From Phoronis australis (lineage: Eukaryota; Animalia; Phoronida): a DNA stretch of 64,000 nt. Position 1 is the stretch's first letter. Every line of letters begins with the position of its first letter. The notes beneath the pieces were generated by a model. It made no database searches. It saw only the letters and a list, made by a program, of their open reading frames with translations, and was not told where the DNA came from. This document shows, piece by piece, positions 25,401 to 40,400 of the stretch. The translations under genes were made by a program, and so were the position numbers. Location of the stretch: assembly GCA_002633005.1 (NCBI GenBank), contig NMRA01000350.1, positions 7,642 through 71,641 of the forward strand, written 5' to 3'.

Positions 25401-28400
25401 CAATTTATTTTGTTCAAACTTTACTTTAAAACAACACTTATTTTCTGATACTAACAAGAACAACACTGGGGCGTTGACATGTGCCCATGGTCTATTGCAT
25501 GCAATATGATTCTAAGGTACATTAGGTGTGGTAGGCGTCAAATAAGGCCAAAAATCAACTGGTACCGGCACACTGCCAATGTATACCGCAGAGTAAAGTT
25601 TCATTGAAATCTGTCAAACAGGTCAGATAGAAATTCCGAAACGTTCTTCCACTAAACAACAATTATTGAAAAGCCTCTTCTCAAGAACAAAATGGCGCCG
25701 CCATATAGTCATCAAATATATGTGAACTGACTGAAATCCATTAAGCGATTCTCTCCCTCTTACCCCAAACAATGCATAAAAAACTCCTCATCACAATGCC
25801 GCAAGGGACAAATCCTTCCCAAAACAAAGCATTGATGGTGCATTGACTTCTGATATCAAACAGAAGGTCTGCTGTAGTTGAAACCACCCAAAAATTTAAT
25901 GGTGATGGCGCATTGACATAACATAACTGTGTCGAGATTCATTAAAAGCCATCAATGAGCTCTTCCCAAACTGATAATACCGAACGATTCTTGGAAGCAG
26001 ACCATACAGGGAACTTCATACACGGTTTCAGAATTTTTTGCAGAAATTTCCTTAGTTGTGAAAATTAATTGAAATTGCAATGTGCACTACAACTTTGGGG
26101 AACTCGCAGAGGACACAATGATAAAAAATTTGACTCACCCCAGAGGATTCAGAAATGTCATCTTCAGAAAATGACCTGTCCATCGAATACTACAAAGTAA
26201 ATCAAGACACTTTGAGGCAGTACTCCAACGCATGAACACTAAAAATTATGACTTGAAAAGTCGTAAACCTGAGAAAAGAACCCCTCTCCCTTGACCAATG
26301 TTACAGTTGACTAGCAGTGGCCTCTATAGACACCAATAACTTGCATGACGGCATTTTTCCATACCGGCAATGATTTACCAAATGTTAGCGTGTCATAACA
26401 TCTACCATCTTTGTTAACTGCCAAGCACAGTCTTTTGTCTGGCGGGTATGACAACAGGCAGGCCAATTATCTACCAGGCTTATTACAGACAACAGCCAAA
26501 CCCAGGGCGAGAATTGGTACATTCGGAAAGAATAGATTGTCGTAACTTCGATTGTAGTTGGACGCTTTTGGCAAATCAAAAGCTAAACATGATCACCATT
26601 TGACAAGGATTTCAGAAATGGTATTGTTTCATGTTCAAATATGTTATAACTTAACTTTTATTTTTAGCAGCACAGCCCAGTCAAGCTAGATATGATCTTA
26701 CTTGAGATTAGAGCAATTATCGAACAAAAAAAGAGCTGGCTCTCCAACCATATATGCCAGAATGGAGTTAATCAGTCATGTAAGATATTGGCTACAGGGG
26801 TGTTCTTCCCACCTTGTTGTTGGGCTATAGAACTGAACAAGTTGGGAGCAATGGGAAAATGCTGTAATAGTCTTACATCATTTCCAGACAGTTTGAGCAG
26901 TGTGAGCCAAAGAACGCAAATTTGGTGACCACATGCCAACTGATATGTGATGCTTTACATGTCAGCAAGAAATTGAACTTGTCCATCACACCGTCTTGCT
27001 TTTTTGCAACACATGCAGGGATTGTGTAAGAACGATGTCAATAGCTATACACCTCAGTCTATTCCAAGTGAAACTGGTAGTTAGTTTTTAAGCTGGACCT
27101 TTTAAAGTGTATTTGACACTTAAACGCTACTGTTAGGCAATGTAGTTTGAAGGCCCACTTTCCACAGTAATTTAACCACAATGCTGTGCAATAAAACCAC
27201 CCCTTAAGAAAAAGTAAACGGAAGTTCTCATCCTGAAAGAAAGTGAGAATCAAAGTAATTCAGAAATTATTCACTTAGCGAGAAAAATCTCACCAACAGT
27301 GAAAATATTCCGGTGAGAATTTGCTGAGACTATGCACATCACTTGTATGTTGTTATTGTTATTACATGGTCAAAGGACATCATGTTGTATCAAATGTTAG
27401 TGGAATAAGAATGTCATCATATCAAAAATATATAAACAAATCCGGAATGAAGAACCTAGTACAGGTAAAATTGACCGNNNNNNNNNNNNNNNNNNNNNNN
27501 NNNNNNNNNNNNNNNNNNNNNNNNNNNNNNNNNNNNNNNNNNNNNNNNNNNNNNNNNNNNNNNNNNNNNNNNNNNNNNNNNNNNNNNNNNNNNNNNNNNN
27601 NNNNNNNNNNNNNNNNNNNNNNNNNNNNNNNNNNNNNNNNNNNNNNNNNNNNNNNNNNNNNNNNNNNNNNNNNNNNNNNNNNNNNNNNNNNNNNNNNNNN
27701 NNNNNNNNNNNNNNNNNNNNNNNNNNNNNNNNNNNNNNNNNNNNNNNNNNNNNNNNNNNNNNNNNNNNNNNNNNNNNNNNNNNNNNNNNNNNNNNNNNNN
27801 NNNNNNNNNNNNNNNNNNNNNNNNNNNNNNNNNNNNNNNNNNNNNNNNNNNNNNNNNNNNNNNNNNNNNNNNNNNNNNNNNNNNNNNNNNNNNNNNNNNN
27901 NNNNNNNNNNNNNNNNNNNNNNNNNNNNNNNNNNNNNNNNNNNNNNNNNNNNNNNNNNNNNNNNNNNNNNNNNNNNNNNNNNNNNNNNNNNNNNNNNNNN
28001 NNNNNNNNNNNNNNNNNNNNNNNNNNNNNNNNNNNNNNNNNNNNNNNNNNNNNNNNNNNNNNNNNNNNNNNNNNNNNNNNNNNNNNNNNNNNNNNNNNNN
28101 NNNNNNNNNNNNNNNNNNNNNNNNNNNNNNNNNNNNNNNNNNNNNNNNNNNNNNNNNNNNNNNNNNNNNNNNNNNNNNNNNNNNNNNNNNNNNNNNNNNN
28201 NNNNNNNNNNNNNNNNNNNNNNNNNNNNNNNNNNNNNNNNNNNNNNNNNNNNNNNNNNNNNNNNNNNNNNNNNNNNNNNNNNNNNNNNNNNNNNNNNNNN
28301 NNNNNNNNNNNNNNNNNNNNNNNNNNNNNNNNNNNNNNNNNNNNNNNNNNNNNNNNNNNNNNNNNNNNNNNNNNNNNNNTAACTTAACTTTTATTTTTAG

Positions 28401-31400
28401 CAGCACAGCCCAGTCAAGCTAGATATGATCTTACTTGAGATTAGAGCAATTATCGAACAAAAAAAGAGCTGGCTCGCCAACCATATATGCCAGAATGGAG
28501 TTAATCAGTCATGTAAGATATTGGCTACAGGGGTGTTAATCTTCCCAACTTGTTGTTGGGCTATAGAATTGAACAAGTTGGGACCAACGGGAAAATGCCG
28601 TAATGGTCTTACATCATTTCCAGACAGTTTGAGCAGTGTGAGCCAAAGAACGCAAATTTGGTGACCACATGCCAACTGATAGGTGATGCTTTACATGTCA
28701 GCAAGAAATTGAACTTGTCAATCACACCGTCTTGCTTTTTTGCAACACATGCAGGGATTGTGTAAGAACGATGTCAATAGCTATACACCTCAGTCTATTC
28801 CAAGTGAAATTGGTAGTTAGTTTTTAAGCGGGAGCAGACCTTTCAAAGTGTATTTGACACTTAAATGCTTCTGTTAGGCAATGTAGTTTGAAGGCTCACT
28901 TTCCACAGTAATTTAACCACAATGCTGTGCAATAAAACCACCCCTTAAGAAAAAGTAAACGGAAGTTCTCATCCTGAAAGAAAGTTAGAATCAAAGTAAT
29001 TCAGAAATTATTCACTTAGCGAGAAAAATCTCACCAACAGTGAAAATATTCCGGTGAGAATTTGCTGAGACTATGCACATCACTTGTATGTTGTTATTGT
29101 TATTACGTGGTCAAAGGACATCATGTTGTATCAAATGTTAGTGGAATAAGAATGTCATCATATCAAAAATATATAAACAAATCCGGAATGAAGAACCTAG
29201 TACAGGTAAAATTGACCGTGCTGATCACGAAAGGATGGGGTTTGCTAAAAAGATAGTGCATTGAATTCAGTCCAGCTACTTAAGCTGCTTGTTCACCTAG
29301 TATATAGCTATGTGTCTGTGTTGACTGTTGGCAGCCCATCCAGGTGGTTGTCTATAGTTTAGACAGGGAATGACGTAATTAAAACGTACACTTCGGTTCA
29401 CAAATTTATTTGAGCTTTGGATGTAATTTTCACCTGCACTAGGTATGAGCATGAATACCACATTGTTATTACTAGATAATGGTAAACATACAGCTTTTAA
29501 AGACACACAGACAGAAGGTATCTACTTGAGTGTCTAGATAATTCCAGAAGACATGAAGATAAAAACACAAACCGTAGAGATAACTATAGAGAAGGCATTG
29601 TTCTGTAGTCTCTCGCATGACAATTTTATTTAAATCCACAATTTTTTAATTGGTGGCTCACGTAAATTAGTAATTTGCATAAAGGAATTTGGGATCTGAA
29701 GACAAGGTAGAGACTTACCTCTCCACTGTCGCCGCTGTAGCGAGTTTTAGTTCCAGTGGCTTCTTCCAGTTCTTGCTGCAACTTTCTCACCTGATTTTCC
29801 AGGTGACAGATATCGTTGTTCAAGAGGTCCATTTTTGCCTGCATGTTATGCTTGCTAGCCACCAGCTGGTCACGTTCCTCAATTTTCTGCTCGCATGCTT
29901 TTTGAGCCGTGTTCCTCTGTGAAATTGCCTGAAATTGAAGCCATTGCTGTCACACAAAGATGCGATGAGTCAGCATCATCATGGCTCTGAAGAGCAGGTA
30001 ACTTGTGTTGCCATTAACAGACAGAGGAGATCATCATAATTATGAAGTTGCGAAAGTGTAACGCTAAATGCTAGCAGTCTACGGATCATGATTAAGTTCT
30101 CAATGTATTGTATGAACAAAGTTGTGGAATGGTAAAATACTGCAAAGAAGGGCAGGAGTAACTGGAATATTTTACTGACTATGCCAACAGGCGGCAGAAA
30201 ATATTAAATTAAAAGTCAAATGCAGCCAATAAGATCACAGTGAAGTTTGCATAGGTATAGATGACCCTAGAACATTATATCAGTTTCAATTGGCCATTCT
30301 AGTCATATGACCCTTTCACTAGTCACTATTGCATTAAAATGTTCCATATTTGCATAAGGAGCTTGTGCACAAAAGTTGCATAGAATAGAGTTACTTTAAG
30401 TGATTTTGAAGACAACAGAGTCATTTGGCTAAATTCAGGCATGAAAATAAGGCCCTACCTTTAGTGTAAATAAAGAAAAACAACCAAGAAAAACTGAAAT
30501 GCTGCAACGTTGCTGGATGTGATAGAATGTGAACAGCAGTAGGAATCAACCACAGAAGTGAGATTCATTCTAGAAAAGACTATTCCAAATTCATAGGGGG
30601 TAATAAAACAATTATCTTCTCAGTCAAGACCACAAATCCTTTTACAAGCTTTATTTACTTGCACAGACCAACTAGGACAGCAGGCCTACTTACAGACCTT
30701 GCATGTCACTTTCAAAAGGCCCATTTCGAGCTACACCGAAGATTTACAACCATTTCCGAAATTCTAAGCCACTTTGAGGGCCTATTTACACCTAAGTCCA
30801 AAAAATTCTTTAACGAATGTGTCGCAAACAGTGGGGGAAAGCCCAATTGTTAGATGCTGGTATTATGATGACAACGAGCTTATTAGGCCAAACAAATTTT
30901 GACACACCCAGAGCATGAAGCTGCTCTGGTTACTTTGATCACGAGCACATCTCAACTTAGCCCAGTTTTCTTATAAAAGTGGAGACAATATCACGCAAAG
31001 TGGGGAATTCCACTCTCTAAGTTTGAATGGCTCATGCTACAAACTAACTCAGCCTAACTTGACTTGTTATTGTTGGGTAAATCTGTCGTTATATTAACGC
31101 CAAAATTACATCTGTTTTTGAAGCATCCAAATAGGCCCAAAATGATTCATTACAACTTGTGCCACCTTTAAAATTTAAAGTCCTCAAGCACACAGTCCAA
31201 AACCGCATGACACTCAAACAATAACAAGGATCTGCTACCTGAGTGTGACTGATTATGGCTGTTACTGACCCATGTCTAATGTACAGCTTTGAGTTTCAAT
31301 ATTTTGATGAGATGACGACCAATGGCACCATTATGCCAGTTCCTTCAATATCTTGGACCCTGCCAATTGTGCGTCTATTGCAAACTATGTCTCATGCATA

Positions 31401-34400
31401 ATGTAGGTATTATTTTTCAAGATTTAATCGTGATTCTTAAGACTGATGTTTTGCTAAATGCTAGTGCCACTACTGTACAACTGTACAACCTATTGTTGGA
31501 CCAAGATGTGGTCAAATACCAACCTGACACTAATATGAAGAAATCAATCTAGTACACAGTCAAGACTGGAAAGGAGAGACATAATGACTGGGTGGTAGGG
31601 ATAAGAGCATTCAAAGGTAGGAATCTCCACCTCCATTGGAGGCCTGTAACATGACTGTAAACATCTAACTCCAGATCCACATATCAGTCATAGCATGTAT
31701 TCCGAAATGATTTAAACACTTGCAAACTGAAACTAACCTCATCCCTCTCCATCTGAATCTTCTTCAACTGTGTCCTCAGGTCCTCACCCTGTTCTTTGTA
31801 TGTAAGGCTTTCCTTTTTCAGATTTTTTACAGTAAGCTCGACTTCATTCAGTTGTTCAGCCATCTATAGAACAGTTTTGTGCCGAGGTGAACACATAAGG
31901 CATGCCCACTACGCATAAAGTACTACTACTTGAAACATTTTACTCGCAATTCAGGATATATTTTTTATTTTACTTCGGAAACGAAGCACTTCTGAAAGAA
32001 AAATTATCGCACCTCACTATGAAAAAGTGCACGGTAACTGCGCAATGTGACCAATCATAGCTTCCTACATGAACATGACCTCAGATGAGTTACAGAATGA
32101 AATAATCATGGGAAAATATTACAAGGACAGCCTATCAGCTGTAATTGACCGTATAATGAAAAGTGTCACAAAGCCATTACTTTTGACAAGATTGACTGCC
32201 CCTTTCAAAACTTGGCAATTATAAATGACCTATAGTATGAATAGTTTCTTTTCTTCAAAACCAATTCCCTATCAGGGCAAAAACTACAAGATACCAGTTT
32301 CCAGAAGTAAATTGGTCTTTTCATGATTTCACCACATTAAAAATTAGTAGGAAAGATGGCCTGCTAAGATTTCACCTTTTTTTTCTCCCCTTCTACATCA
32401 TGTAGCTGTTGTTGAGTCGCACACAGTTGCGAGCCAGTCTCTGAGCTTTTTTCCATGGCATCATTGTACTGTTCTTTAAGTATGGTTACCTGTTCTTGGT
32501 AGTTGGTTTGCACGTTCTGCAACACCTGTACCTCAAGAGAGTCCTGCAACACAGCGAAGCAAATGATACGTTATCAATTTTAGGCTTTTAGGGCACTTCT
32601 CCCCTTACTTCGTACAAAAATAATTGCCAAAATCGCAATTTATCCATTTTCCTTTAAGACTAATAGCTGAGCAGCAAGTAACGGGAACTTGAAATCTCAT
32701 ATGACATCTTAATTTCAACTAAAATTTTCTTACTTTAAATTTTTTGAAAAACTACACAAAATAGAATTTCACACATCAGGTGTTAAATATAGAGAATCTT
32801 ACAGTCGTCTCAGATTTATGATGGGCAAAAACCTCTTTGAAATTTCACCAAAATCCTGAGGCTCAGGGATTTCGACAAAATTTTCAAGAGGTTTTACACA
32901 TATCATCAGCCTGAGACAAGTGTAGGATTTGTTTTCTCCCATGAACTGTAAAAATCATCTTTTTGCAGAAAACAAAACGCGACATGCCTAAATCTTTCAA
33001 CCACAAGACGCAACTTTTGCACAAATGCGCTTAATGTGCAATGTAAATTCAGTTAATACTTTTCGTTAATACTTAGTTTTATTTTAAATTCAGCTTTTGT
33101 AACAAACGTTCAAGTTAGAATCTAATAATTAGTCTTTGAAGACTGCTAAAGAACACAGTCAGTAGCGCTTCCCCGCACGTAGAGCACAGAATAAACTTTA
33201 GTCGAAACAGCACAGCTAGACACTCTCACCGCATTCCTTGAGTTGGGAGTTGTCTCCGTTTGAATGAACGTGGATATGGAAATCAAGAAAGAATGAAGAA
33301 GGTGTTTGCACATCCTTCTGACTGGGAGTACGTACAAATGCAACACCCGATTTATACTTCACAGAATTCCGGTATTGTTTGGTTGGCGCGTTTGGTTGCT
33401 TGTTTCTTCTTTGCAGACGATAAAATGTAAGGCGTATGGCTTTTTACTTTGCACTACTTTGCGATTTCCCCATGTAATATAAAAAATTACGTAATCGGTG
33501 TCGTAACACATTCCAGGTAATGTGAGAAATAGAATTATCATGTGTCAAACAAGCAACACTAAAGTGGTAAGTATGATATCTGAATAATAGTGAGGAACTG
33601 CTATTCACTCAGTAGAGCCTTGTGGGATAGCTGTCTGCTTCCTTTACCAAAGTTCCTGCGCTCGAGTCCCACTGAGGTTTGTAGCTCCTCAACTGGGTTT
33701 ACTGCATATTAATAAAGCATAAAATGGTTCCAGTTGACCGGGGCAATGGGCCCACCTGAGAGGCTTGCAAATGTCTGTTGCAAAGTGTACCTGAGACCAC
33801 CTACAATGTGATTACATGCGGAAATACGGCCTTTTTCCACTATTTCTGAAAAAAGTTTTAGTTATTGTGCATCTTGAAAGAACTAGCTTTATCACTAACT
33901 ATCAGTTGTGTGCATGTTCTCATAGACTTTGCACTTTTTCTCAGCTGAAGTGACTTTCAATTATTGTTCTGAAATATTCTAGCATGGAGCGCAAGACCAA
34001 ATTTCTGACAGATGTCTTAAGTCATATTTCATAAAACAGACTCCAGTGAGGAAATTTTGTTATCGGATAATGGAATATGGCAACAGCGTCGCAATTCAAC
34101 ACTCAAGACTCACAACCTTTACCATCTCAGTGGTTTCCATTTTGCTAGCGTTCACTAAGTAAGAACTCAATCATGAAACACTTTTATTTCATTACGTGAT
34201 TTTTTAAAGATTTTTAACTGAGGAGTGGTCTCATTCTTGCTTTCACGAAATGCTTTCAAATTCATCACAATGGTGTGAAACGAAACTCACTATCAGACTT
34301 TTCTGCTGCGCCACCTGCTGGTGGAGTTGTTCGTTCTCAGTGCGTAGTGTCTCCAGTTCCATACGTCGCGGTGCACGCTCACAATCCTTTTGTAAGCGCA

Positions 34401-37400
34401 TCGATTTCTCCACTTCGCTGTTCCAACGATCTGTAATCAATCCGCAGATAATCTAATTAAATGTGCAATGACTGTGAGTTTTTTCGTGCTTTCAACCTGC
34501 GTGATAAGTGCTGCACCCGAAACAAATCAAATAATCAGAGGAAAAAGATAGGTCAATTAAACACTTAAACAAGCTCAGTTATGAATTATAAAAACCTATT
34601 GCATGGAAATCAGCACAAATTCAACGCTATGCATGGACAAAAACATGAAAAGGGCTTTTCAAAATCAAGACACCAGCAAATGGTTGCGTAGCAACAAACC
34701 TTTGAACTTGGAAACATCCACTGTGATAGCATCTCTTTCCTGCTTCAGTGCATTGTACCTCTCAGTCATGGCATCACGCTCCATCATATACTGCTGAGAA
34801 CGTAGTTTGGATGCGTCTGTCTCCTTTTTGTATCCCAGAGAACTTTCATACAGCAACTCTGAATCATGAAGGCACATAGCATACCAAACGCATCAGCTCA
34901 ACCATCCTTTGCACTCCAATCAAACACGTTTTGACTACTTTGGTGGGAACTCAATTAGTGTCTATTATTTTGTGCTCCTGCACATAATGGCTTAGTGAAT
35001 TACTGTCTAATCATAGTTTGCACTAGATGACCCCAGCATTAAGGTTAACAGGTCGAGAGTGGGAACTTGACATATTAGTATTTACTTGAAATTTAGAGTT
35101 TTTAATCAATTAGTTTGTAGCTCGAGCAGAGAACACCTTGAGTTCAATATATCTAGCAAATATTTTTCATTTTGCATAATAGTACATTCCAGTTCGGGTC
35201 ACTAAACGAAAAATTCTCACTATAAACAAGATCGACTAATAATGGACAACTGCACATTAATTGGTAGGTAAGATAAAAATCTCAAAGTGTGAAAATATGT
35301 CAGGCACTGCAAAAGGGGGACTGCTCCATACCTAGTAATCTAGTGGTCAAAAACAAGAACGATACCTTTTTCTCTTTGTAAAGTCTGATTCCGTTCAAGG
35401 AGGTGTTTATTATCTAACTTCAGTCCATGGCATTTATGACCCAGCTTGTTGTTCTTCACCTGCAGGACGTTGACCTTATCCTGATAGAAATAGGTTCCAA
35501 TTATAAAGGCAGCATAGGACATTACTATCAGTAAGTACATGTCAAGAGACCGGAAACTTTTTTCCATCACGACAGTTAGATCTGTTCTGTCAGCAAAAAT
35601 GACGAACGACTGCCGCAAACTTTCATTTATGGAATGGCTGTTCCATACTGATAACTTTCAATGTAAATATTATAATTTTTGATCACGACATCATTCTCAG
35701 TGGGACAATAATCAACATGGCACGATGAACTGACCATTAATAACTCCCAGACGTCATGACAGCCAAGAGACATCACATCATTTGGTATGAATATGAGAAA
35801 ATTTTCTTCACTGAATATATAATTAACGGAAATCATACTAATTGTACTTGACATGCCACTATAACTGCTCTCAAAGCAGTGGTTGGACTGCAATCGCATG
35901 GACACGCTGAAATCCCCAGGAGGTGGCTGAGCACTGACTGACTTAAGGGTCAGGGACAATATATTCATTAAGTAAATCTCCATTACAAAAATCTCGTTTG
36001 ATTTTTTAACTCCAGATGACAGTTGAATCCAGGTTGAAGTGCAGATATCAAATGTAGTACATTGCTTGGCATTCCTATCCTCTTTCACCCACCATCAGGA
36101 ATCCAAGGTATCTACCACTGTTCAAAGAATTGCAAAAACCTGGATTCATCAACTGGTAACAGAGAACTCAGTGTACGTGGGCTTGGAATGACCGATGACA
36201 AAAGAGAGAAAAAATTCCCAGGTGATGTATAAGACCGCAAATAAATAGGCTTGTGTGATAGAACTAGTTTTTGTGCTGAAAAATTGAACTGAATTAAACA
36301 TTTCTGCATGAACAAAGTCAAAATAATGATAAAAAGAGACAAAAAGAGGAAACAGGAAATTAAATAAGAGGGGGAATTGAAACCCTTAAAAGAGGAAAGT
36401 TGAAGCGGCCTAATCCTAACACAAAATGGCTGATTTCAATGAATTTATTCATGAAAAATGATCCTACTTTAACTTTAGACAATAGGAATTAAATTTGAGG
36501 AGTCAAACAGTTCAAAAACATCTCAGAAATCACCATCTCTATTCTAGTGTATTTTAGCCAGGCAGCGAGTGTTTTCCTGTAAGTTTTTAAACCTCACCTA
36601 GTAAATTGCTCTACTGGAATGAAAGGGATCAGATTCTCTGATAAACAGTCCCTTTCAAAACAGCAATACTATACAAATCTTATGACAAGTAGTTTCTAAT
36701 TAAATGCAATCATCCATCCTGACATGCATTAGTTTACCTGCAGTATGGCACGCCGCTGCACTTTTACAGAAGAGCAGTTGCCATGGAGCAACAGAAGAGG
36801 GAACAGCTGATTGGAGCAAGTTGATACCATGGCGGCCATTTTTGACACCAGTTTGATATTACAGCAGTTTCAACTACACGTCTGAACAGAAACTGGGCAG
36901 GCAAAGCAAAACGGGCCATCTCTCTCACCCTTGCACATGCAATAGCGTATATATGGGAGATTTGGTAGCATTCCACATGATTTCATTAACTGTTACATTT
37001 GCGAGCATGCACAGACAGTCTTCGAGTAAATGACTCAAGCTGACCCCGGCATGTTTGCGATCTAATGTCAGGTAAATGCAACTATAGAGTGAACCAAGGT
37101 GCATTGTGACAACTGTCCCTCGTATAAAGACAACTTATTATGGCTGGGTAAAAAGAATGAGACAAGAATTACCCGGCACAGTGGTGGGGAACTTAACAAA
37201 TCCCAACAAAACAGTCACACTACTTCAAGTTTAAACACTTGCTTTCTCAGTCTGTTGTCAGAGTATCATGTGTCTAGTATGTAAAATATTCCAACTTAAG
37301 TTGTATTCATTTACAAGTAACAGCAACGTGGAGTTTTGAAATGTGCCCATGACAGTGCGTTAGAGGTGCTGATGGGTATCATAAAAATGGCCATAAATGC

Positions 37401-40400
37401 AAAATAGTTGGCCAGACCGAATTCATTCCAAAGACGAACTGGCTGAAGTTGTCTTCATGATGTAACTTGTTTGTCAAATTTCATGTAAAACCACCAAGAA
37501 ACTCTGAAGAAAAAAGGCAAATGAGAAAATTAAAATTGCCATTTGGGGGCACTGCCGTAGTCAGAGCCGCACGAAGTCATGGGCAACAGCAGTTTCCCCA
37601 AAGAAAAACACCAACAAAATTTCGCAGAGATCCTGCAAACACAAAGGAAACTACAGGCATGACAAGATCACTACCACGAGATGCCACAGCTGTCAGACCT
37701 ATCTGGAAATCAACGGCTGACCCAGTTATGTATATGTGCCACTTAAAAATCCATTGGTCATCTATTAAGCTCATGAAAACCTGGATTGAAATTAATTTTA
37801 GATGAGAACCACTAGAAAATTTAATCATCTTCAGTGTTAGGGTACTGGAAGTATCTATCAAAATTTGACAGGTCTGCATCGAATATTTGGGCTTAACACT
37901 AATCAGATAAGGATAAACAAACGAAAGCTAGTATTGTCTAAACAGAATTCAACTAGCAGATGGTAGTAGAACACAGTTTCAATGAATAGAAACATAGTGA
38001 CCACAAGTCTTAGAAAGTGTAGGTCCCTATCCATTTTGATCGGTTTGCATGCTTGTGACTCATAGCCGAGTTGATGACAACTTTTGTTAAAGCTGACGTG
38101 AAGTAAAGAGTCTTAATTCTCTGAGTGTAGGTCCAGTTTTCAAAATTTACTGTTCAGACCAGCATTCTTTCAAAAAAAGAGAAAAATGTTTCGGCAACGG
38201 ACAAAACAGCGGGCCAAGCCATGGTTTTAGCTCCACTAAAATGGCAAGTTCTTAAATGGGCATTGGACAATGGAACAAAGAATGCAGTTAAAGTCTATTA
38301 CTAGGAAAGGGAATGACTCCACCCACTCCTACCTCCAAAGCTTGGTTACTGGTGCTCAGACTGTCAATCAAACCTCTTATCTCAGCTGCCTCATGATATT
38401 TTTCTTCCAAAGTCTTGGCCATGAAAGCTAGATGAGGAATGATGACAGATCCACGGCAGCCCTTCAGGTCAGCTATGAAACCTACAGACAGACAACAAGC
38501 ATGCTGCATTATCATACTATTGTGATCACTGGTCAAAAATAAGCAGGATAAGCTACAGCAGTGAAAAACTTCACTGAGGAATTTCACCAATTTTAGAGCA
38601 CAATACAACTGATGAGTGAACTATTATTTCATTATTTTTGCCAGGAAATTAAATGCTTTTCAAGTTTTATTCAATAGCTATTATTTCGGGCATTTTTTTT
38701 GAAAATGTGTGGGAACTGATAACAATGAAAGGACATTCCATGAGTTGGGTACAAGCCCATGTTTGACCGAGTTAACCCTAAATTTCATGGAGATAACAGA
38801 GTTCATCATACAACAGGGTGCCAATTTTACCACATCCTGAACGAGTTTTTTTCAATTTTTTTTAAAACGTTCTGTAAATCATCAACTTTGATTGATACAA
38901 TGACATCTAAACAGTCCATTATAGAGGTCTGACTTAAATTCAAAATGATTCTATTCAGGATCAAAGACTGAAATGTCAGACGTGAGACGGCATAATATTT
39001 TTTTCGGCTTGAGTACAAATTGAATATTCCACCAGTCTCAACATATGACGCCATAATTTTAAAAAATCAAAAAAGTTTATTAAACTAGAAATTCCATACC
39101 AATCTACCAATATCTGAGGTTCAGATCATTTCAAGTGATTATAATCCATGTTGTGTGCTCAATTTTTTGGGGGATGCAGTATTTCTACAAAAACTTAGCA
39201 CTGAAACAGTCGTAGTGAAGGTCCACATATAGGTGTATTTCCTGAACAAACACACCCCAACACAGACACATCCCCAACATAGACACACCCCCAACCTACA
39301 GACACACCCCCGACATAGACCACACCCAACCCACAGACACACCCCCAACATACAGACATACCCCAGCAGACAGGCACGTGGTATTGAATGGCCACAAATT
39401 TTGAAAACTTAATAGTGAAGCGCTTAAATCTCTGTAATAATCTAACTTAAACTCATCGTAATTGCATGCTCAACCTTAGAGTTCTTTGAAGCTTTTAATG
39501 CGATACGTGTTTGTATTGTAAATTTTAAATCTGAATCAGACAAAAAAGCAACCTGTAGCACCAATACAACAGGTCAACAAAAATGCAATGCTTAACTTAG
39601 GCTTGTCCCATATTACACAGTGATAAAACTCTCCTTGGTCCTGGAGGTAACAAAGAGCATTGCTTTCATTGACCTAATTTTAGAATGTCCTGCACATTTT
39701 CAGAGGTAATGCTAAAACCCTTCAAGGCATATATCTGAGGAAACATTCCAGGTTTCAACCAGAATTGAAAGCTATCTTTGAAAAAAGGGGGATTCTGTTC
39801 AGTTCAAAATTATCCTGAATTAAACTTATGCTATGCGCTTGCTTTGCATTTTCTTGTAATTGATTGGAGGCCAAATTAAAACACCACCCATCCACAGGTA
39901 TTTGTCAATCTTATTCAACTTTTTCCTATTGGGGTTACAGTCCACAGCACAGCAAGACTTTGTTAACATCGACAAAGTTATGCAGCATAGAAAAATGTAA
40001 CTACAAAGAATGTGACAACAAAGAACATTGTGGAATTCCAAGGATGCAAGCACGCCAGACTACAAAAGGGCTTGATGGATAATTCGGTATAGGGGGGACA
40101 TACAGGGAGATTCAAGTGTCCTTGTGTAATCCACGATACCCTTATTGGTCAATAGAAGACATGACTGTCATCTCGCAAGCAAATCTTGAATAGTCAAGTA
40201 CAGTTCACTAGGAGTGAGAAACGGGTTGAATCTCCATTTCAACCAAAAACAATTGGCCTCAAGCTCTGAGTAACGAGACAGGTGCTGTGTGTGAAAATCA
40301 TGTTCAACTTGATAGAATAAGCAATAATTAACATATGAACAAACAAACAAACAGACTGGTTTCATGAAACAGTAACATAGTACCTTTTGGCAATTTTTTT

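Noticed and set aside
27321-28406. 353-aa and 316-aa ORFs
   Set aside because: Artefacts of translating through the N gap.
33612-33690. tRNA gene
   Set aside because: Only a B-box-like motif; I could not build a cloverleaf, so it is kept only as a low-confidence SINE remnant.
35627-36342. 153-aa and 76-aa minus-strand ORFs in intron 3
   Set aside because: No recognisable motifs, and exons 3 and 4 already join in phase.
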